In this document: positions 56,790 through 64,000 of the stretch, one piece after another | Layout of the letters: the number at the start of each line of letters is the position of its first letter | Numbering within the stretch: position 1 is the stretch's first letter | NCBI GenBank assembly: GCA_025558095.1 | Contig: JAIVFI010000009.1 | Span: forward strand, 124,001-188,000 | Origin: Hyaloraphidium curvatum SAG 235-1 | Taxonomy: Eukaryota > Fungi > Monoblepharomycota | DNA length: 64,000 nucleotides | Reading direction: 5' to 3' | Notes under the pieces: generated by a model | Told to the model about the DNA's origin: nothing | The model's database searches: none | The model's input: the letters and a program-made list of their open reading frames with translations, nothing else | Position numbers and translations under genes: made by a program

Positions 56790-57641
56790 CGCTGCGGGCC
56801 CGCGGGCGGGGGAGGAGGGGAGAGGGCGGTGGGGAGAGGGGAGGATGAAGTCGGAGCTGCGGCAAACTCGCCTGCGGAGCGCCCAAGGCATCCCCTGCCG
56901 GGATTCATCGCCCTCGCTGTCCATTGCCAGTCTTGTTCAATGCAAATTCGGGATTTCATCGACATGAAATGCTTAAATCCGTTCATAACGGATTCGCTGC
57001 GTCCGGGCGTCCGGAGTCGAGGGCCAGGCGCAAGGGCGAGATGCACCCGGCAATCGGACACGAAATCACCACTTCAGGGGGCCATGGTGGCGTCAGGAGC
57101 GAATAATTCTTCTGGTTTTGGTCTTGCCGGTCCCGAAAGACCCCGATCGGTTGTTTCCCGGGCTCGACGGCCGCCTCCGCCAGGGCGCCGTAGGGCGCAT
57201 CTGGTCTGGTCTGGTCTGGTATTTTCCGCCGGCTTCGCAGTACACTAGGTAGATCGATGCCACTAGGTTATCGGATCACGCTTAAGGCGCGTGTCAGGCC
57301 ATTCCGTCAATTCCTTAGAGAAGTCCGCCCCAGTGAGTTGCCTCAGTGAGGTGGCGGCACCGTGCAGCGGGGCAAACCCGACGAAATCCGCCGCTGCATG
57401 AAAACAATCCAGAGTGCCACGAGTAGACTGTCGGTCGCGGCACTCTGTGGTGCCTCTCAACTTTGGCGCGAGGAGCATCAAGCGGTGTTCACGAAGCAGG
57501 AAGAGCTCAAAGCATCGCCACCGCCACGCAACGCGAACAACCCCGCAATCCTCGCCTGCAGCACCCCTCCAGAACCCCGCCGACACCCGCATCACGCGTC
57601 TTCCCTCCCTGTGTTCCCCTTCTGCGCCTCTCTATCCCGCG

Positions 57642-58842
57642 ATGCCCCTCGTCGTCCCCACCGGCCTCACCCTCCTCCCCGCCGCCCCCTTCGGCGCGAC
57701 GGGCGAGCAGCTCCCCCGCCTCGGCTTCGGCTGCATGGGGCTCACTCCCATTTACGGCGCCGGCGCGGACGAGGAGGCCGCGATGCGGACGATAGAGGCG
57801 TGCCTGGACATGGGCGTGAAGCACTTTGACACGGCGGTGAGTCGGCGTTCCGGCGCAAGGAACGGGGTCCCTGACACGTGCTCCGCGTGTCGCGGGTGAA
57901 GGACGTCTACGGCCTCGGGAAGAACGAGGAGCTCGTCGGCCGCGCGATAAAGAAGTTCGGGCGGGACCGTTTCTTCCTCGCCTCCAAGTTCGGCTTCGTC
58001 CGCGACGCCTCGGGCAAGCTGATCCGGTTCGACGCCTCCCCCGCCTACATCAAGCAAGCCTGCGCCGCCTCCCTCGCCCGCCTCGGGGTCGAGACGATCG
58101 ACCTGTACTACGCGCACCGGATCGACCCCAAGGTGCCCGTGGAGGAGACGGTGGCCGCGATGGCGGAGCTGGTGAAGGAGGGCAAGGTGCGGTATCTGGG
58201 GCTGTCCGAGTGCTCGGCCGAGACGCTGCGGAGGGCGTGCAAGGTGCACCCGATCGCGGCGGTGCAGAGCGAGTACTGTGGGTCGCGCGGCATTACCTCC
58301 GGGTCGCAGGGGGTGACCTCCATGGCAGCGCTGTTCTCCCTCGACCCCGAACAAAACGGCGTCCTCGACGCCTGCCGCGAGCTCGGCGTCGCCTTTGTCG
58401 CCTTCTCCCCCCTCGGCCGCGGCTTCCTCTCCGGCACCCTGACCAGCCCGGAGGACTTTGGCGAGAGGGATTACCGCCGGCTGCTGCCGCGTTTCCAGGG
58501 CGAGAACTTTGAGAAGAACATGGAGCTGGTGCGGGCGGTGGAAGTTATGGCGAAGGAGAAAGGGTGCACGGCGTCGCAGGTACCTTCCCCGCCCTTGTGC
58601 GCGCCGGCAGGACGATGGATTGAACCCCCCGATCGCAGCTCGCAATCGCATGGACCCTGCGCAACCCCGTCGTCTTCCCGATCCCCGGAACCAAGAGCCC
58701 CGAGCGCGTAGTGGAGAACGTCGGGTCGGCGCTGGTGGAGATCACGGACGAGGAGGACAAGCAGATTCGAAAGATGCTGGAGGGGATGCCGCCGGCGGGG
58801 GAGAGATACAATGCCGAGATGGCGGCGCTGGTGGAATCGTAG
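57642..58842 (+). CDS. Aldo-keto reductase (YakC/AKR13-like), 3 introns
   Basis: [13 protein letters not shown]|[41 protein letters not shown]|SL, FSPLGRG, PIPGTK. Confidence 0.95.
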
Positions 58843-59097
58843 GGCGTGTCGCTGGGCTGTCGGCCGATCAGGATCAGTTGCTCCGTCCGGAAAACGATGA
58901 CGGCATCATCCAGGGCGGTGCTATGCAGGCCTCGGTAGACTAGTAGACGGCCCGTTCAAGAGACGTGTGTGCGAGACTTCAGGGACCGGGCGGCACAACG
59001 CGGCACTGCGCCACGGCCCTGAAATCCTTCCCTCCTCCAGCGGTCTGCGACCGCCCAAGCCCCCGTCGAGAGGCGACGGTCCAAGCCGCGTCCCGCA

Positions 59098-60528
59098 ATG
59101 CGCAGAGCTCTCCTTGCCGCCGCCGCGGCCCTCGGTTTCGGGGTGGCCAATGCCGGCACGGCGGCCGCGCAGGCGCCGTTCCCGTTCTGCGCTTGGTGGT
59201 TTGAAACGACCGCGACGACGACCAATGTCGCCTTCCCCGACACCTCGGCGACCTACTTCACCACGCCGTACACCGTGACAGAGCCGGGGATGAAGATCGT
59301 CGTCAACGGGAGCTATCCCGAGACCCGCTTCATGAGCCTGACGACGTACGCCAACACTTTCGGATACTTTTCCGTCAACGGCGTTCAATCGCAGCTCACG
59401 GACTATCAGATCCAGCCCTTGCCGGGTTCCCAGAATCCGTGGGCGACTGTGAACGCCAGCACCGGCGGAAGCTTTTCGGTCGCTGTGCAACAAGATGTCG
59501 GGCCGGGCGTGGCGAACGTCCTCCCGATCTTGCCCGTCAACTCGACCGCGAACAACAACCTGCCTGCAAACGTGGGCTTCCTCGTCATGCGCGTCTATCT
59601 GCCGACGGGAGGTCCGGAGAATGTGGCCCTGCCGCAAGTCTCGATTGTGTATTCGAACGGGTCCTCCGCGGTCCTCGAGAAGTGCTCGAGGAAGGACTCG
59701 GACGACGCTCAGCAATCGGGGCTGGGAGCACAGGTCGCGAAGGCCATCAACTCGATCAAGAACTACGACGGCCCGCCCCCGGCACCTTGCGCACCGACCT
59801 GCCCTCCCGACTACCAGTTCTTCCGCGCCACCGCAGCAACGACGGGTTCATTCTTCCCTAACGCCGCAAACGCGTACCTCAGCATGCTTTTCACGCCCGA
59901 GAAGGACAAAATCGTCGTGATCAAGATGCTGGCTCCCACGTCGCCCTCGGTTGCCGGCGGCACTGGGACCGTTCCCGTTGCCTGGCCGAACGCGGCGTAC
60001 GACGTGCGCTACTTCTCCATCTGCACCAACGTCTACGCCGCCCCGTACCCCGTTGTCGCCAACAACAACACGGATGGCGGCGCAGGGGTCACGTTCGGTT
60101 GCGTCGCGGACAACGAGGTAGTCCTTGTCAACGGTACAGCCACGATCGTCATCTCTCGGCCCAGCGACAGACCGAGCAATGCAAACGTGGCGAACGGATA
60201 CAACTGGTTGCCTACGTCGGTGCTTGCTCCCCTAGCCGTCGAAATGGTCGCCATTAGGAACATGCTCACGACCTCTGGGTTCACGCAGTCGGTGCTGAGC
60301 GTGCCGCAGGATGCAAACCCGGCTTCCGCGCAGAAGGCCATGGGACCATACTATCCCGTCGTCGCAAACTGCACCAAGGCCCAGTTCGAGAGCGGCGCGA
60401 GTGCTTGCGTACCGAAACAGAGCCAGGTATTGCCTTCTAGTGGGAAAAGGCCGCACGACCAGCTGTCGTTGAAGTACTCGTCTGTGCTGGCTTCATTGGC
60501 AGCTCTTGGTGTTGCTTGGGGTCTCTGA
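59098..60528 (+). CDS. Secreted, possibly GPI-anchored, beta-rich protein of a bacterial-looking uncharacterised family; intronless
   Basis: Signal peptide; NVAFPDTSATYF, GSYPETRFMSLTTY, DYQIQPLPGSQNPW, MRVYLP, DVRYFSIC, MGPYYP; hydrophobic C-terminus. Confidence 0.75.
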   Translation: MRRALLAAAAALGFGVANAGTAAAQAPFPFCAWWFETTATTTNVAFPDTSATYFTTPYTVTEPGMKIVVNGSYPETRFMSLTTYANTFGYFSVNGVQSQLTDYQIQPLPGSQNPWATVNASTGGSFSVAVQQDVGPGVANVLPILPVNSTANNNLPANVGFLVMRVYLPTGGPENVALPQVSIVYSNGSSAVLEKCSRKDSDDAQQSGLGAQVAKAINSIKNYDGPPPAPCAPTCPPDYQFFRATAATTGSFFPNAANAYLSMLFTPEKDKIVVIKMLAPTSPSVAGGTGTVPVAWPNAAYDVRYFSICTNVYAAPYPVVANNNTDGGAGVTFGCVADNEVVLVNGTATIVISRPSDRPSNANVANGYNWLPTSVLAPLAVEMVAIRNMLTTSGFTQSVLSVPQDANPASAQKAMGPYYPVVANCTKAQFESGASACVPKQSQVLPSSGKRPHDQLSLKYSSVLASLAALGVAWGL

Positions 60529-60620
60529 GTTCATGGAAGCGAGGCTCAGGTAGTCACGTCGGTGGATATTTATGACCGATACAGAGATATCTCCGCCTGA
60601 TGCCATCCTTCCCCGCATCG

Positions 60621-61416
60621 TCACCCCTTGGTCCCCACCGCGTACCAGAAGAACCTCCCCGTGGAGGTCCATTTCCCCTCTATCCCAGCCCTCCCCAAGG
60701 TGCCCTCCAGCTCCGGCCCGTAAAACACCTTGACGATCGTGAAGCCCCTCCCATCGTTGAGCCGCCTGGCATGCCAGTGCTCCGGATGCCTGTCGGGCGT
60801 CTCGTCGTTGGCGGAGGATGTGCCCTCGGCCTTGAGCGAGTCCACGGCGAAGAATCTGCCTCCCGGCTTGAGCGCCCCCGAGACGCGGGAGAGGAAGCCG
60901 TCGAGGAGCTCGGGGGGAACGTGGGAGAACCAGAAGCCGGCAAAGACGGCGTCGTATGCGCCCGGCTCGGGGGACCACGAGGGGGAGAGGAGGTCGGCGA
61001 CGGCGTAGGTGACGTTGGACGCTCCGACCTTGGCGCGGTTGACTTCCAGCGTCTCTGGGGATGCGTCGAGCGCGTCCACAGTCTCGGACTGCCTACCCCG
61101 AAGGCGAAGACGCGTGGCCGGTTCGCGTCAGCGCGTCCGCAACTGGGTTCCCGGCGGCATATCAACCCACGATTGCAGCCAGCGCCCCCGTGAAGTTCCC
61201 CGTCCCCGCCGCGAGCTCTAACGTCCTCCCCACTGGCCCGATGGCGGCCAGCGCGGCGTAAACCGCATCGCGTTCGGCGAACCAGCGCTCCCGCCCCTCG
61301 GGGCCGAGCTCGTACCGCTCGCCGACGCGGTCCCACCATTCGTCATATTCTGGGGCACGCGCAGCATAGTATGCCTTTTGCTCCTCGAGGCGGGCGTCGA
61401 GCGCGGCAGGATCCAT
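60621..61416 (-). CDS. Class I SAM-dependent methyltransferase of bacterial type (intron 61089-61170)
   Basis: EQKAYYAARAPEYDEWW, motif I LELAAGTG, ALDASPETL, YDAVFAGFWFSHVP, ALKPGG, RRLNDGRGFTIVKVFY. Confidence 0.88.
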
Positions 61417-61553
61417 TTTCGTTCTGCAGGAAGCGCGATCGTGTCGCGATCGTCGCGGTTGTTTACGTCCCGCCTCCGCTTCGGTCGCTCGTTCCGGCAG
61501 CGGCCTATCTGCGCAGCGGCCTATCTGCCTTCTTTTGCTCGTTATCCTGACCA

Positions 61554-62972
61554 ATGTGGCGCGTTGCTCGCCTCTGCCGGCGGGTTTCGCCCTGGCTGGT
61601 CCCGCTCCGGCCCCGCTTCCACTCCTCCGCCCCCGCACACCCTCCCGGACCCCCGCCGGCCCGGCCCCGGCCCCGCTTCCACTCCTCCTCCTCCTCCCCA
61701 CCTCCCGGCCCCAGTGCTCGCCACGTCACCGCCTCTGCTCCCCCGGAAACCTACGTGGGCGGATATACTCCCATTACGAAGCTGCTCTGGGCCCGCCGTC
61801 TGCAGTGGGATCCCTCGGCGGCGCCTGGCGACGGGCGGTTCACTGTCGCGCTGCCCTTTACGACCGACAGCGTGCTCAGGGAGGAGTATGCCAACCCTTG
61901 GGGCGCGGTTCGCGTTGGGCGGACGCTGGAGGATCTGGATTCGCTGTCGGGCACGGTGGCCTTCGCCCACGTGGCGGACGGCATGGGGGAGGGTTCGGCC
62001 AAGCCGACGTTGGTCACGGCCAGCGTGGACGAGGTACGGGTCAACAGGAGACTAGCACTCGACAAGGACATGGTGATGTCGGGGAGGGTGGTGTGGACGG
62101 GCGCCTCGTCCCTGGACGTGCTTATGGAGGTGCGGCAGGACGGCCCGGCCGCGAAACGCGATGGAGGCGACGCTGCTGCGTCCGCACCTCAGACCGAACC
62201 CTCACTGGTTGCTCTCTTTTCCTACGTCGCCCTGGACCCGGTCACTCGCAAGCCCACGCGTGTGCCCCCCGTGGTCCCCAGCACGGACGCCGACCGCGCC
62301 CTCTTCGCCGAACGGCAGGCGATCGCCGACGCCCGGCGACAGCGACGCAAGCTCCCCCCCTCCTCCGCCCCTCCCTTGGCACCCCCCGCTTCAGCGCTCC
62401 TGGCCCGCCTACGCCGCGCCTCCTCCCTGATGTTTGACCTTCCCGCTCTCACCCCGCCGCGCTTCCTCCCAGTTCCCTCGACCCGCCTCGACGACGCCTT
62501 CCTCACGCACCCCCAGGACCGCAACACGGCGGGCCGCATCTTCGGGGGCTTTCTCCTCCGCCGTGCGTTCGAACTCTCCTTTGCTGCCGCCTTCCTGTTC
62601 TCGGGTGCCAGGCCGACGTTCGTACGCTGCGACGAGGTCAGCTTCGCCGCACCGGTGGACGCGGGGGAGCTGCTACGCTTCTCGGCACGGGTGCTGGCCG
62701 CGTGGCCCGAGCCCGAGGGCAAGGAGGGGGATTGGCTGGTGGCCGTCGAGACTGTAGCGGAGAAGTCGGACCCCGGGCGGCGCACGTCCGAGGTGGCCAA
62801 CGTGTTCAGCTACGTGTTCCGGTGCGCTCCCAAGGGGAGGCCGAGGGTGCCGGTGCCGGCTTCGGCGGAGGACGCGGCGAAAATGGCGGGGCTGCTGGCG
62901 AGGCTGCCGGAGGAAGATGCGGCGGCGATCGCCGGGGAGGTGGAGGCAGCGGAGGCTGAACGTTGCGACTGA
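61554..62972 (+). CDS. Acyl-CoA thioesterase 9-like (double hotdog fold), mitochondrial-type presequence; intronless
   Basis: LREEYANPWGAVRVGRTLEDLD, LVTASVD, WTGASSLDV, HPQDRNTAGRIFGGFLLRRAFEL, FAAPVDAG. Confidence 0.92.
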   Translation: MWRVARLCRRVSPWLVPLRPRFHSSAPAHPPGPPPARPRPRFHSSSSSPPPGPSARHVTASAPPETYVGGYTPITKLLWARRLQWDPSAAPGDGRFTVALPFTTDSVLREEYANPWGAVRVGRTLEDLDSLSGTVAFAHVADGMGEGSAKPTLVTASVDEVRVNRRLALDKDMVMSGRVVWTGASSLDVLMEVRQDGPAAKRDGGDAAASAPQTEPSLVALFSYVALDPVTRKPTRVPPVVPSTDADRALFAERQAIADARRQRRKLPPSSAPPLAPPASALLARLRRASSLMFDLPALTPPRFLPVPSTRLDDAFLTHPQDRNTAGRIFGGFLLRRAFELSFAAAFLFSGARPTFVRCDEVSFAAPVDAGELLRFSARVLAAWPEPEGKEGDWLVAVETVAEKSDPGRRTSEVANVFSYVFRCAPKGRPRVPVPASAEDAAKMAGLLARLPEEDAAAIAGEVEAAEAERCD

Positions 62973-63079
62973 TTACTACTTCGACGCCGCTTTGTCGGAC
63001 CCACAAACGATCAAGACATCGGTCCATGACGCGCGGGAAGCTGATATGCGTATGCTGTCTATTTCAGTTTTGATGGGGA

Positions 63080-64000
63080 TCACGGTCTGGCAAGCACCGA
63101 GCCTAGGTCCAGGTGTGGCCCGTCGTGATAGCGCACCTCGTCCGCCTTGAGCCCGCCTCCCAGCCTTGCCAGGACGGCCGACACCCTCTTGTTCTCCGCC
63201 GGATCGTGGTCCAGGTCGAAGCATCCGACCCGGAGGCGCCGCAACCTCCTGGGAAGCCCCATGGCTAGCGCGGAGGTTGACACATAGTCCGCCTCGAGCT
63301 CCTCCAGGAAAGACAGGCGGATCATGTCGGTCCAGCAGGCCAGCAGAGGACCCGGTTCGAACGTTTCGCAGAGCAGCTTCACGGTGTTCGGCCTGAGGTC
63401 TGGGTTGTCCACGGCCGAGACCTGCAGGTCCTCCCAGTCGTAGCAGGTCAGCCTGCTGACCCAGAACGCCAGCCTTGGGGGAACGCAGTAGCCTTCGATG
63501 AGGTTGAACTCCAAGTCGACGTCCTTGAGCAGCGGAGACCGGTCCCCGATCGCATCGAAGAGGTCGACCGCGTCGAACCCGATGTACTTGAGCCGGCAGA
63601 GCGAGGGGAAGCTGGTGCTGAACTTCCTTGGTCGCCGTTCAAAGCCGATCTCCCCGAACGCATCGATCTGGAGCTCGAGCTCCTCCAGCTGCGGCAGGCT
63701 GAGGAAGGCAAAGCGGCCAGGTCGTCGACGTCTTGGAGCACGCAGTCCAGGGAGCGCAGGTTCGAGAAGGCTCCCAGGAAGGGCGGCAGGGTGTGGCGCA
63801 GGTGGATGCCGTCCAGCCCATTGGTGCCAAGCCGGTTGTGCGAGAACCCGGCAAGGAAGCCACGGAGGTGCCCCGTGTTGCCGTAGAACGACACGTCCCG
63901 CACGAACACGTGGTAGGTGCTCCGGTACGTCTGCCATGAGGCCACGCACAGCCGGCGCCGGTCCTTCTGAATATCCAGTCGCGCCGCGATCATGGCCAGC
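63080..64000 (-). CDS. LRR/F-box-like hypothetical protein, 5' end at or beyond the window edge, with an apparent 1-nt frameshift near 63710 (pseudogene or sequence error)
   Basis: Frame of ORF 63448..63993 (..NLRSLDCVLQDVDDLA) must switch to the frame of 63080..63949 (FAFLSLPQLEELEL..) with no room for an intron. Confidence 0.6.
   Translation of the reverse strand, partial: AGHDRGATGYSEGPAPAVRGLMADVPEHLPRVRAGRVVLRQHGAPPWLPCRVLAQPAWHQWAGRHPPAPHPAALPGSLLEPALPGLRAPRRRRPGRFAFLSLPQLEELELQIDAFGEIGFERRPRKFSTSFPSLCRLKYIGFDAVDLFDAIGDRSPLLKDVDLEFNLIEGYCVPPRLAFWVSRLTCYDWEDLQVSAVDNPDLRPNTVKLLCETFEPGPLLACWTDMIRLSFLEELEADYVSTSALAMGLPRRLRRLRVGCFDLDHDPAENKRVSAVLARLGGGLKADEVRYHDGPHLDLGSVLARP

Noticed and set aside
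61590-61690. Direct repeat ccggccccgcttccactcctcc with a 60-bp period
   Set aside because: It is an in-frame duplication (RPRFHSS) within the thioesterase presequence, not a mobile-element end.

Overview
This is GC-rich, gene-dense eukaryotic DNA with short (mostly ~50-100 nt) GT-AG spliceosomal introns and CTGAC/CTAAC-like branch points. The gene repertoire points to an early-diverging fungus (chytrid or monoblepharid-like); that is inference, not a database result. About 33 intact or probably intact protein-coding genes can be modelled. Housekeeping genes include an MCT-type MFS transporter, a half-size ABCA transporter, Ubp8/USP22, DPH1, MsrB, ARFRP1/Arl3, an LSMT-type SET protein, an M17 leucyl aminopeptidase, an aldo-keto reductase and an ACOT9-like thioesterase. 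The most interesting items are: (1) a three-gene block of bacterial-type genes at 19.1-23.9 kb, comprising a persulfide dioxygenase-rhodanese fusion with a mitochondrial-type presequence, a spliced SfsA-family PD-(D/E)xK nuclease-like gene transcribed head-to-head with it, and an intronless GH36 alpha-galactosidase; (2) a clear Churchill zinc-finger homologue; (3) a plastic island at 34-41.3 kb with a decayed Penelope-like reverse transcriptase abutting a Crinkler-like nuclease-fold/kinase gene, plus pseudogenes and an inverted, interrupted copy of the aminopeptidase 3' end; (4) a candidate gustatory-receptor-like multi-pass membrane protein; (5) a dual-specificity phosphatase with a PEAK1/MPRIP-like Cys/His N-terminus; and (6) a strong local preference for GTGGG 5' splice sites. 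No tRNA, rRNA or CRISPR array was recognised. Most ORFs in the six-frame track are antisense or off-frame shadows caused by high GC.
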